Shown here piece after piece: positions 1 through 8,944 of a DNA stretch of 32,169 bases. The stretch lies in the NCBI GenBank assembly GCA_030593645.1, contig JAUVGT010000002.1, positions 1 to 32,169 on the forward strand, read 5' to 3'. The position numbers were made by a program, and so were the translations under genes. Position 1 is the stretch's first letter, and every line of letters begins with the position of its first letter. The DNA is from Deltaproteobacteria bacterium (GTDB lineage: Bacteria > Desulfobacterota > Desulfobacteria > Desulfobacterales > JAUVGT01). Below the pieces are notes generated by a model. It saw only the letters and a program-made list of their open reading frames with translations. It did not search any database and was not told the DNA's origin.

Positions 1-1471
1 CCCATCTGCCGTTGATATAGACCAGCGCCCAGGCATGCGCGTGGCGGTCCCTGACAATATACCTGTTCTCGAATTTACTGAATTCATGGATCGAGTATCC
101 TTTTGAATAGCGCGCCGGCATGCCGGCAGTGCGAAGAAGAAGTATTGAAGCCGTGGCAAAAAACTCACAATGTCCTTTTCTGGAGTTGGTTAAAAATTTT
201 GCAATCGGTGTCCCTTTATCATTATCTTTACCCTGAACAAGAGAGTATTTAAACCGGTCTTTAAAAAACTTTTCCACACTGTTCAGAATTTTTTGAGGGG
301 ATTTCCCGTTGAGTTTAAGCTCTTTCGCGATCCTGTTTAAGACCGGTTTTTCACTTTCCGGCACAAGCAGATCATGCGCGTTCGGTGGACCGGCAGTCGG
401 GACTGATGGATCGAAACTCACATCATAAACCGCCAACCCCGGTCCGCCTTCAACTTTTACAGTCCCGAACCTGTTTCTTTCCATGTTGATGACTTGCAGT
501 TTTTCTACTTTGAAAACACCCCGGGGCAGTTTTAAAAGCCCCTCTCCCTTATTCAGGTAGGAAAAAACCGTAAACCTGCTGCTTGGTTCCGGCCCTTCTG
601 AAAAATTCCAGCTGGTCTGGTTTTTGTCCGGCTGTATTAATACAAAACCGGGCTCCGCGCTAATCCACCTGGAATAATTATATATATTATAACCCGCTTC
701 CTGGAGAAGCAGTGGAAATACTTCTGTATTATCAGTACTTACCCTGAAGATAATCCTGCTTGACGGTTTCAGCGCTCCGATATCCCCAATCGCCGTCTTT
801 GTCTGGAACGGATCCGTTTCACCCTGCCTGAACTTACTGAACCATTCCAGATCTCTTCCTTCCAGGTAGAGCTGCAGCCGGTTAAGCTTCTCATATCCGA
901 CTGCACCGATAACACCTGCCAGAGCCATAAGCATTAAAAATAATGCGATTGAAAACCTTTTTGACCTTACAAACCAAAGCAGGGGAATCGCAAACAAAAG
1001 GAGACCCGCGTAATAATATCCATCCATTACATTGGCTACCCCTGCCGAAAGCACACAAACAGCATAATATGGATACGACAGGTTAAGTCTGATCTGTTTT
1101 TTATTCTTCGCAATCACGTCCTTTTTCTTCCTCCGGAGTGTGAAAAAAAGGGCGCTGATATCCAACTTCTCCCGGGTGGAATATCTCTGCACAATTAAGA
1201 GCGGAAACAAGATCATCGGCAGCCACTGGAGAAGAACCAGGATGATATTGGCAGACCTGTCCCTGACAATCAGGTAGGCGAGCAGTATGATAAAAAGGAG
1301 TGTGCAAAGATCTGAGATACGCCTGAAATCATGATCAGACAGGTCCCACCTGATACTGACAAAGCGGGCTCCTTCATAAAGCAGGAGCATGATTCCCGCC
1401 AGTACCAGCAGTCCGGTATACCAGCCCCAGAAAAGAAGTGAAGCACCGAGGAGAAAAAATGGTGTCTTCAT
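1..1471 (-). CDS. Membrane-anchored transglutaminase-like domain protein (TgpA/DUF3488-like); 3' end runs off the window
   Basis: Absent from the ORF track because there is no stop in the window. ATG at 1471 overlaps the DUF58 stop (ATGA). Manual translation gives MKTPFFLLGASLLFWGWY..., several hydrophobic helices, then RKGHCEFFATA (catalytic Cys motif) and HAHAWALVYINGRW (catalytic His motif), in frame to position 2. Confidence 0.9.
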   Translation of the reverse strand, partial: MKTPFFLLGASLLFWGWYTGLLVLAGIMLLLYEGARFVSIRWDLSDHDFRRISDLCTLLFIILLAYLIVRDRSANIILVLLQWLPMILFPLLIVQRYSTREKLDISALFFTLRRKKKDVIAKNKKQIRLNLSYPYYAVCVLSAGVANVMDGYYYAGLLLFAIPLLWFVRSKRFSIALFLMLMALAGVIGAVGYEKLNRLQLYLEGRDLEWFSKFRQGETDPFQTKTAIGDIGALKPSSRIIFRVSTDNTEVFPLLLQEAGYNIYNYSRWISAEPGFVLIQPDKNQTSWNFSEGPEPSSRFTVFSYLNKGEGLLKLPRGVFKVEKLQVINMERNRFGTVKVEGGPGLAVYDVSFDPSVPTAGPPNAHDLLVPESEKPVLNRIAKELKLNGKSPQKILNSVEKFFKDRFKYSLVQGKDNDKGTPIAKFLTNSRKGHCEFFATASILLLRTAGMPARYSKGYSIHEFSKFENRYIVRDRHAHAWALVYINGRW

Positions 1472-2826
1472 AATTTCATCAGTCCTTCCTGGATTTTCCC
1501 CAGTTTCAACTCAAGAACGTTTCCAGGTTCATGTTTCATTGGCCACGGTTTAATTTTTTCTTTCGTTTTCCCGTTTCCCGTGATGACCATGGCAAGTACC
1601 GGGATCCCAAACCCTTTTAATAAATTGATAAAGTCTTCTCTTTCTTTATCCCAGGAAAGAAAAATGCATATGCATCCGCTTAAAAGATGCGCGCGGTTCA
1701 TCGTAACCGGTGTCAGGCTGCTAAACGGTTTATCTGTACATGGGATCACAGAGGCTAATATTTTAAGAATTTTATCGATATGTGAAATCCCCCTGCCCGA
1801 TGTAAAGCAGTATGCTTCAGTCCCGACAAACATAAGATCCAGAAGTGATTCCTGGGTCTGGATTGAAAAAGCAAAAGAAGCCGCGATCGATATCGCTTCT
1901 TCAAAAATATCGCTGGTACCGGTCTCCTGAAACGTATCCAGTATCAAAGCGTGCCGGACAAAAAATTCATCCTGGTATTCCTTTACAACCGGCTTCCCGG
2001 TTTTTGCCCAGCTCTTCCAATGAAACCGTCTTATGGGATCACCCGGACGGTAATCCCTCAAAGATGTGAACTCCTCAGAATCCCCTATGGAAGAAGCCAG
2101 GGCCACACCGCCTGTCTGATATTTCCTTGTTCCGGAAAGCCCAACAGGCGGAAGCATATATCGTTTCGGAAGTATCAGCAAAGATTTCGGGAGCGGTATG
2201 GTGGTACAGGAATTGAACAGCCCAAGCGGATCAGGACGTGCGATGGTCAGGGCGGTCAGTTTAATCACCCCCCTGTTGGGCGGAACAAATTTAACAGTGA
2301 CATCACAACTGCCGCCGGGTTCAACCGCCGGCAGTTCAGATCCCTTTGATTCTGTATTCTGCTTTCTTGATATCAGCCAGAGCCACCTGTAATACCCAAA
2401 AGTCCGGTCATAAAGATTGCGTTTATTTTCATCCGGTTCGGGTGTATTGATAAATTCTTTAAAACCGGGCAGCGGGTCTTCAAAATTTTCAAAAAGCAAT
2501 AGTCCTTTTTGAACTTTACCGGTATTATTTTTTATGGTGATACGATATTCAACGATCTCCCCTGCCGTACCAAATCTGGGAAGTACCCTTACACCGGTAA
2601 ACCGGAAACGAAAAAAAAGACTTGATACCATGGAAACCGCAAGCAGGGATAAAAAAAAAGTAAACGCCTGGTATACCAATGTCCGTTTGGTATCGACCCC
2701 AACCACGGCGGATGCCGCAAGGCAGATTAAAACAAACACACCGGCCATGGTAAATCGACGCAGGAACCATTTCTTTACCCGGTAAATGTTACGATATGTT
2801 CGATATAAGACGCGTTTGATGATCAA
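1468..2826 (-). CDS. DUF58 domain protein (MoxR partner)
   Basis: Two N-terminal TM segments, DPLGLF, EFTSLRDYRPGDPIRRFHWKSWAK and VKEYQDE motifs; lies directly downstream of moxR. TTG start is approximate. Confidence 0.9.
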   Translation of the reverse strand: MIIKRVLYRTYRNIYRVKKWFLRRFTMAGVFVLICLAASAVVGVDTKRTLVYQAFTFFLSLLAVSMVSSLFFRFRFTGVRVLPRFGTAGEIVEYRITIKNNTGKVQKGLLLFENFEDPLPGFKEFINTPEPDENKRNLYDRTFGYYRWLWLISRKQNTESKGSELPAVEPGGSCDVTVKFVPPNRGVIKLTALTIARPDPLGLFNSCTTIPLPKSLLILPKRYMLPPVGLSGTRKYQTGGVALASSIGDSEEFTSLRDYRPGDPIRRFHWKSWAKTGKPVVKEYQDEFFVRHALILDTFQETGTSDIFEEAISIAASFAFSIQTQESLLDLMFVGTEAYCFTSGRGISHIDKILKILASVIPCTDKPFSSLTPVTMNRAHLLSGCICIFLSWDKEREDFINLLKGFGIPVLAMVITGNGKTKEKIKPWPMKHEPGNVLELKLGKIQEGLMKL

Positions 2827-2834
2827 TGGATTTC

Positions 2835-2858
2835 CTCTGTGATCTCTGAGCCTCTGTG
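2835..2858. repeat. Short tandem CTCTG(T/A)G repeat, 3 units
   Basis: CTCTGTG-AT-CTCTGAG-C-CTCTGTG in the moxR/DUF58 intergenic gap. Confidence 0.5.
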
Positions 2859-2893
2859 AGAAATTTATCTTTTTTGCCTCTCTTTTGTCATTT

Positions 2894-3856
2894 TCATGAG
2901 GGAACTTTCACAGATTCAAGGATATCTTTCACAATCCTTTCCGCGGTGCGTCCGGAGAAACGCGCCTGGGGATCCATGACGATCCTGTGAGCCACCACAG
3001 GTATCGTTATTTCCTGAACATGCTCCGGTGTAACGAATCCGTTCCCGTCAAACAATGCCAGGGCCTGGGACACTTTCATCAGAGCGAGAGATGCCCTGGG
3101 GCTGGCTCCTAGCTCAACCCCGTCCATTGTCCGGGTCGCGTCCACGATATCAACAATATAGCGTTTCATCTCAGCACTGATCCGCACCTGTTTCACCTGC
3201 TGTTTTAATTCATTCACATCCTCGATTGTCACGCATGCTTTAATCTTATCTACCGGGTGATCCTGAAGCTGGTCCGTCAAAATGGTGACTTCATCATCCG
3301 GTGACACATAACCAAGACTAAACTGCAACGCAAACCGGTCCATCTGTGCTTCCGGCAGCGGGTATGTCCCGCGGGACTCAACCGGGTTTTGAGTGGCGAC
3401 CACAAAAAACAACTCCTCAAGCCTGTATCGCTTTCCGTCCACACTCACCTGTGATTCGCCCATAGCTTCAAGCAACGCGGACTGGGTTCTGGGTGACGCA
3501 CGGTTGATCTCATCTGCCAGCACGATATTGGCAAAAATCGGTCCTTCATGGAAATGAAATGATTGATCTTTCTGGTTAAAAACAGAAATACCGAGAATAT
3601 CCGATGGAAGCAAATCAGGTGTAAACTGAATACGCTTAAACTTCGCGTCAATCGAAAGTGTCAGAGCTTTTGCAAGCGTGGTTTTCCCGGTGCCCGGGTA
3701 ATCTTCCAAAAGCACATGGCCCCCTCCCGCAAAGGCCGCCAGTAATTTCCGAATCGATTCGGTCTGCCCCTTCATCACCTTTTCAATATTTTCCTTAATC
3801 TTCTGATAAATCTTCCTGCCCGATGTACTGCCGTTTCCATTTTTTGTATTATCCAT
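2894..3856 (-). CDS. moxR: MoxR family AAA+ ATPase
   Basis: HVLLEDYPGTGKT (Walker A), RIQFTPDLLPSD, LADEINRA (Walker B), ATQNPVE, YPLPEAQMDRF, GASPRAS. Confidence 0.95.
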   Translation of the reverse strand: MDNTKNGNGSTSGRKIYQKIKENIEKVMKGQTESIRKLLAAFAGGGHVLLEDYPGTGKTTLAKALTLSIDAKFKRIQFTPDLLPSDILGISVFNQKDQSFHFHEGPIFANIVLADEINRASPRTQSALLEAMGESQVSVDGKRYRLEELFFVVATQNPVESRGTYPLPEAQMDRFALQFSLGYVSPDDEVTILTDQLQDHPVDKIKACVTIEDVNELKQQVKQVRISAEMKRYIVDIVDATRTMDGVELGASPRASLALMKVSQALALFDGNGFVTPEHVQEITIPVVAHRIVMDPQARFSGRTAERIVKDILESVKVPS

Positions 3857-3946
3857 GTGATTTCACCCTGTTATCGGCCAACCTGGACGATAATGGCTTG
3901 CCTGTTGAATTGTAAATAACAATTTATCGGTTTCAGGTGCAATATT

Positions 3947-4143
3947 GACGGTTTCGTAAAAAGTCCAACTTCTGCGTTCCGCTGTGTTACGCTGCATTTT
4001 GCAATGATTCAACTCCCCTGTTAAATAAAAAAACAGTTTTAACAGGGCGGGTCCGATAAGTACACTTCATCATTACAAAAATTGCACGCCTTGAATTTGA
4101 ACTCTTTACGAAACCGTCTAATCGGACTTTTTACGAGTTCATC
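3947..4143 (-). mobile_element. MITE-like non-autonomous element, copy 1 (opposite orientation to copies 2 and 3; carries an extra 37-bp hairpin insert)
   Basis: Terminal inverted repeats GACGGTTTCGTAAAAAGTCC ... GGACTTTTTACGAGTTCATC with AATATT on both sides; the reverse complement aligns along its length with 30747-30897. Confidence 0.8.
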
Positions 4144-4458
4144 AATATTCGGTATTCAAATCCTCCAATCACCTGTAGGGGTGGATCCCAGATACGCACT
4201 ATTAATTACAGAGATCTGACTCGATGGGAGGTTTCGAAATCACTGTTAACCTTATCACACAATGAACATTCAGCCAAAGTTTTTCACGGTTTGGTGGAAC
4301 CCGGAGGCGCAAAAAACAGTTCAATGGTTATTGCATACTTGACAGCCATTGCACATGCCGTGGACTAATTTGGATATTGCCTTTTTCTGGTCCGAGATCA
4401 CCCACCGCTGTAGTTTAGATTGCGATTACTGTTACCAGAATAATCTCCCCAATAGTGA

Positions 4459-5045
4459 CAAAGATATTTCTCAACTGGAAAAGAAAATACAGACTCAGGT
4501 TCACCCACGGCCATAGAAAATCGTAAGGAAAAAGATCTTTGGTTTAAGTGCCGTGAAGATCTTCTAATAGAAAAAATATCTGTTCGGTTCAGTAACTTGA
4601 CCCTGGAAGATGGTTTTAAACGAATTTTATCTCCCATGAATTATAGTTTTATATTTAACAGCAACAGGCAACTCGAAGGAATAGTCATTATAGGTAAAAC
4701 ATCAGGCAAATCGGATATTTCTTCTTCATCCTCGAAAATCATTAAAAATCCGGTAAAGCCGACAACCGGGTCAATGGATACTGCCCAGCGGCAACCTGAT
4801 GCGTCAGGGGTCAAGAAGAATACACACCCGGAGGTGAGGTTAAATCCACTGTTGATAATACCAAAGCATTTACTGTGGTTAAAAACAGTCCACCCCCCGG
4901 AGGAAATAACGATAAAACCCCTCAAGACTTATCAAGCTTTACAATCGTCAAGAATAGTTCGCCCCCAGGCGGTGCAATAAAGAAAACTAAGAAAAAGAAG
5001 TTGAACTTTGTAGTAATTAAAAACAGTCCACCTCCTGGAGAATAG
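4459..5045 (+). pseudogene. Frameshifted, 5'-truncated gene: secretin/TonB N-terminal (STN)-like segment plus C-terminal KNSPPPGG peptide repeats
   Basis: Frame 1 reads WFKCREDLLIEKISVRFSNLTLEDGFKRILSPMNYSFIF...KKNT. A shift to frame 3 near 4826 continues PGG...FTVVKNSPPPGG...FTIVKNSSPPGG...FVVIKNSPPPGE to TAG at 5043-5045. Upstream in-frame stops at 4441-4458 and no start codon. The STN resemblance is by eye. Confidence 0.6.
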
Positions 5046-5119
5046 TTAAGTCGGGTGCATTCCCTGCAACAAATTTTCTTACTCCGCCATCGGTCCCCGA
5101 GCCCTTTGGATCCAGATAT

Positions 5120-5701
5120 TTATTTCTCAATCTGCTTTTTGACACTATATAGGATATCTAATACTCTTTCCCGTATTTCCTTGATTTTGGGAGTCACTGC
5201 ACCCTTTACTATCAGTTCCACGGCAAAGTTTCCGATCCAAAGGTCAGGGAGCCACATTCTCTGGCCCATAGAAAACTCTTCATAGCTTGTAAATGAGATA
5301 TAAAGATCGATCCCGTCTTTTTCAGGATAGTATGATATGGTTTTTTCGGGAAAAGGTCTTTTTGCAGGGGACTGGGTTTTTCTTTTTGCGATCTCTTTTT
5401 CATATTCGGGGTTTGGCTTCTGCAAGATATTGTTTTGGTACCAGATGAGTGAAGTTGCGTATATGGCAGCACCCGCATTAAATTTTTTCAAATGCGGATA
5501 CTTTGGCTTAAGCTTTTCTATTTGATTGACAATATCGTTTATAGCTTTTTGCAGATCTTTTTCATCAAGAACTTTTTTTGAGTCCGGTTTCATGGGATCC
5601 TGCAGCTCGCTGGTGTTTGACTCATTGCCTTTGTTTTGCGCCATGACTGCCTCCACGAAGAAGCTGTTGAACATAAGTATGATGAGTAATACATATTTCA
5701 T
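5120..5701 (-). CDS. Hypothetical exported protein
   Basis: 193-aa ORF with a signal-peptide-like N-terminus (MKYVLLIILMFNSFFVEAVMA) and AAAGGTGA RBS; no family recognised. Confidence 0.75.
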   Translation of the reverse strand: MKYVLLIILMFNSFFVEAVMAQNKGNESNTSELQDPMKPDSKKVLDEKDLQKAINDIVNQIEKLKPKYPHLKKFNAGAAIYATSLIWYQNNILQKPNPEYEKEIAKRKTQSPAKRPFPEKTISYYPEKDGIDLYISFTSYEEFSMGQRMWLPDLWIGNFAVELIVKGAVTPKIKEIRERVLDILYSVKKQIEK

Positions 5702-5794
5702 AGTTTCACCTTTCAGTATGTATCAACCTGGATATGTTCGCATGATGGAAAGTATTAAAACACGAACTGCGAAAATAATTTAAAACCGTTTCAA

Positions 5795-6907
5795 TTAAAG
5801 AAGCTCATCGATCGGAGTATAATCAAGACCAAAAGCGTCAGAAACCCCTTTGTATGTTACTTTTCCATTGATCACATTGGCACCCAGTTTGATTTCTTTG
5901 TTTTCCTTCATGGCCTTTTTCCAGCCTTTGTTGGCAATTTCAACCGCGTAAGGGAGGGTCGCGTTGGTCAGAGCCATTGTGGAAGTCTTGGCTACAGCAC
6001 CGGGCATATTGGCCACACAATAATGGACCACACCGTCAACAGTATAAATGGGATCCCCGTGTGTGGTTGCCTTGGAGGTTTCAAAACATCCTCCCTGGTC
6101 AATAGCCACGTCAACCAGAATGGAACCGGGTTTCATTGTACTTAACATTTTTCGAGTCACCAGCTTGGGTGCTTTCGCGCCGGGAATCAGTACAGCACCG
6201 ACCACCACATCGGCTTTTGTAACCAGGTCCCTGATCACGGCCGGACTGGACATGAGCAAAAAGCAGTTACTCGGCATCACATCACTTAAATATCGAAGCC
6301 GGTCAAGATTCATATCCAGGAGATAGACCTTGGCGCCAAGGCCGCAGGCCATCTTTGCCGCGTTTACACCGACCACGCCGCCGCCGATCACAACCACTGT
6401 ACCTGAATCCACACCCGGTACACCACCCAAAAGAATACCGTGTCCGCCTTGAGCCATTTCCAGGTATTTTGCACCCTGTTGAATCGCCATACGTCCCGCG
6501 ACTTCACTCATCGGGGTCAGAAGAGGCAGTGAACCGTCAGTTTTTTGAATGGTTTCATAGGCAATATTGATTGAATTGCTTTTGATCAGAACGTCTGTCA
6601 ACTCCCTTGCCGCGGCCAAATGGAGATAGGTAAACACAATCTGGTTTTCCCTGATTAAATCATACTCCGCAGAAAGGGGTTCCTTAACATGCATGACCAT
6701 GTCTGAACGATCAAATATCTCTTTTGCGGTTTCAACCATTTCAGCACCGGCATCAACATATGCTTTGTCATCGAATCCGCTTCCTTTACCGGCGCTCACT
6801 TCAACAAGAAGCGTATGCCCGTTCTGCTTCATGACCTCTACCCCTATGGGTGTCATGCATACGCGATTTTCTTCGGTTTTAATTTCTTTCAGAATTCCTA
6901 CAATCAT
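5795..6907 (-). CDS. ald: Alanine dehydrogenase
   Basis: [67 protein letters not shown]. Start moved to ATG 6907, which follows a GGAGG RBS. Confidence 0.97.
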   Translation of the reverse strand: MIVGILKEIKTEENRVCMTPIGVEVMKQNGHTLLVEVSAGKGSGFDDKAYVDAGAEMVETAKEIFDRSDMVMHVKEPLSAEYDLIRENQIVFTYLHLAAARELTDVLIKSNSINIAYETIQKTDGSLPLLTPMSEVAGRMAIQQGAKYLEMAQGGHGILLGGVPGVDSGTVVVIGGGVVGVNAAKMACGLGAKVYLLDMNLDRLRYLSDVMPSNCFLLMSSPAVIRDLVTKADVVVGAVLIPGAKAPKLVTRKMLSTMKPGSILVDVAIDQGGCFETSKATTHGDPIYTVDGVVHYCVANMPGAVAKTSTMALTNATLPYAVEIANKGWKKAMKENKEIKLGANVINGKVTYKGVSDAFGLDYTPIDELL

Positions 6908-7032
6908 TTTTCTTCCTCCCATGCAAAATTTCTAATTTAAATGTATCGATGAAATGATAAAAATATACTTTAAAACTGTCTTTTTACATCGCTTTCATTT
7001 ATCAGCAATCGTCATATAACCCCTCGTTTAGT

Positions 7033-7048
7033 AGCAATATCCATGCCA
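7033..7048 (-). promoter_or_regulatory. sigma54 (-24/-12) promoter for ald
   Basis: Minus strand reads TGGCATGGATATTGCT, matching TGGCAC-N5-TTGCW with exact spacing, ~125 bp upstream of ald and next to a sigma54 activator gene. Confidence 0.85.
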
Positions 7049-7316
7049 TCGATACACCTCCATGATAATTAATAGTTTATCGGGAGATGCATTAAAAGAT
7101 TTGATTCATTTTTATATTTATTTACAGATAGTTATAGAATTTACCCATTGATAGTGACTAAAGTAAATCGATGGTTTAACGCATGATAGAGGGGTTACTG
7201 AAGGAAGGGAATGGGTGATATCTGGCAAGAAAACAAACCACTATATCATTCATTTGAGACGTATCCGGTTGATTATAAAATAAATATTGCCAATGGTACG
7301 TTTTATTACCACCGGT

Positions 7317-8906
7317 TCATTTTGTTTCCGGTGGAATATCGTACTTTTTAATCTTATTTAATAGAGCTGTATGAGAAATTCCCAATGTTTTTGAGGCTTT
7401 TCGAATACTTGCTGAGATTTTCAAGGTATCGGTAATAATTCTTCGCTCAAGATCATTTACAAGCGATTTGAGAGACTGCCCTTTATCTCCGGACAAATAA
7501 CGCCGGTTTTTCATATTTTTTATGTTTTTTCCAATTTCAAAGCTGAAAAGGATATGCTCAACCTCAACCTTGCTCGAATCACAGAGAATGGCCGCCCGTT
7601 CAATGACGTTTTTCAGTTCCCTGATATTGCCGGGCCAATCATGGCTGTATAATTTATTTAATGATTCCCGGGTCACCGCCTGAAGATCTTTTTTTAACTG
7701 TGATGCCAGTTGGAAAAGGAAATGCTCAACCAGCAGCGGAATATCATCTTTTCTCTCTTTTAACGGAGGAATATGTATGGGAAGAACATTGATTCGATAG
7801 TACAGATCCTGCCGAAAACTTTTCTCCTCTACCATTCGTTCCAGGTTCCTGTTTGTGGCGGTAAGAATACGGACATCAATGGAAATTTCTTTCTCTCCGC
7901 CAAGCCTTCGGACCCGTTTTTCCTGGATCAGTCTCAATATTTTTACCTGGGGTCCCGGCGGCATTTCAGCGATTTCGTCCAGAAATACCGTGCCGTTTTT
8001 CGCAAGCTCAAACAGACCGGGTTTACCTCCCTTTCGGGCTCCGGTGAAAGCCCCCTCCATATAACCGAACAGCTCACTCTCGAGTAATGATTCCGGCAGG
8101 GCCGCGCAGTTGATCGGCACAAAAGACCCTGTACGGCCGCTGGCTGTATGTATGGTGCGGGCAAACAACTCTTTACCGGTCCCGCTTTCACCCCGAACCG
8201 ATACGATTGAACCGGTATCGGCAATTTTTTGGGCAAAGGATATGGCCGCTTTAATGGCCGGTGTTTTACCAATGATATCACTGAATGTAATCTGGCTGGG
8301 CTCGGAAATAGATTGGGCCAGCATCTTGATTTCCTGCATATCTCTGCCGATCTCCACGGCACCCACAATACGCTTTGAAGAATCATATATGGGTCTTCCC
8401 GTGGCAAAAAACTGGAAACGTCCCTTTTCGTTGATGATATTCTTCTTTACATTGCTGAATTTTTTCCCGTTCAAACAATCCAGTATATCAAAATCAGGCA
8501 GATTGAGCTCTTTAATGTCCCGACCAATGGCTTCTTTTCGGTTTCGGCTGAAAATCCTGCCGGCAACCCGGTTAATCGTCGTGATCCTCCCGTTTTTATC
8601 TATGGAAATCACACCATCGCTCACATTGTCCAGCACCACACGGGACCTGTTTTCCCTCTCTTCCCTGGGAAGGGTTTTAATAAAACGGATCTCCGAAAGA
8701 CCGGAAATTTTCCCAAGAATCTCAAATACTTCTTCCCGGTTTATTTCTGCATTTTCTTTTTCAGCCTCAAGATATACATCTGCCATATCCGCCGTTCTCT
8801 CCACTTCCATGGAAATGATATTAAGATTTTTCTCGGCGATAAGAGAGGAAATGTCCGCGACAATCCCAAGACGATCATTAAACAGCAATCGCAGTTTGAT
8901 ATTCAA
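7317..8906 (-). CDS. sigma54-dependent transcriptional activator with TyrR-like ACT-PAS-AAA+-HTH architecture
   Basis: ACT (NDRLGIVADIS), PAS (LDNVSDGVISIDKNG), GESGTGKE, intact GAFTGA, FLDEI, WPGNIREL, TyrR-type HTH (SIRKASKTLGISHTALLNK). Confidence 0.93.
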   Translation of the reverse strand: MNIKLRLLFNDRLGIVADISSLIAEKNLNIISMEVERTADMADVYLEAEKENAEINREEVFEILGKISGLSEIRFIKTLPREERENRSRVVLDNVSDGVISIDKNGRITTINRVAGRIFSRNRKEAIGRDIKELNLPDFDILDCLNGKKFSNVKKNIINEKGRFQFFATGRPIYDSSKRIVGAVEIGRDMQEIKMLAQSISEPSQITFSDIIGKTPAIKAAISFAQKIADTGSIVSVRGESGTGKELFARTIHTASGRTGSFVPINCAALPESLLESELFGYMEGAFTGARKGGKPGLFELAKNGTVFLDEIAEMPPGPQVKILRLIQEKRVRRLGGEKEISIDVRILTATNRNLERMVEEKSFRQDLYYRINVLPIHIPPLKERKDDIPLLVEHFLFQLASQLKKDLQAVTRESLNKLYSHDWPGNIRELKNVIERAAILCDSSKVEVEHILFSFEIGKNIKNMKNRRYLSGDKGQSLKSLVNDLERRIITDTLKISASIRKASKTLGISHTALLNKIKKYDIPPETK

Positions 8907-8944
8907 TGTTATACACCTTAAGGTAGATTACACTTGATTATTTC

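Noticed and set aside
4175-4200. GTAGGGGTGGATCCC... as a second GTAG REP
   Set aside because: The right arm is too degenerate to form the stem.
4597-4980. 127-aa ORF as an intact gene
   Set aside because: It starts mid-domain and its last third is out of frame with the repeat-coding frame; treated as part of a pseudogene.
4816-5040. Spaced direct repeats (AAAAACAGTCCACC...) as a CRISPR array
   Set aside because: Repeats are short, degenerate at codon third positions and encode a peptide repeat; no cas genes.
8110-8937. 275-aa plus-strand ORF
   Set aside because: Antisense shadow of the sigma54 activator; no motifs or RBS.
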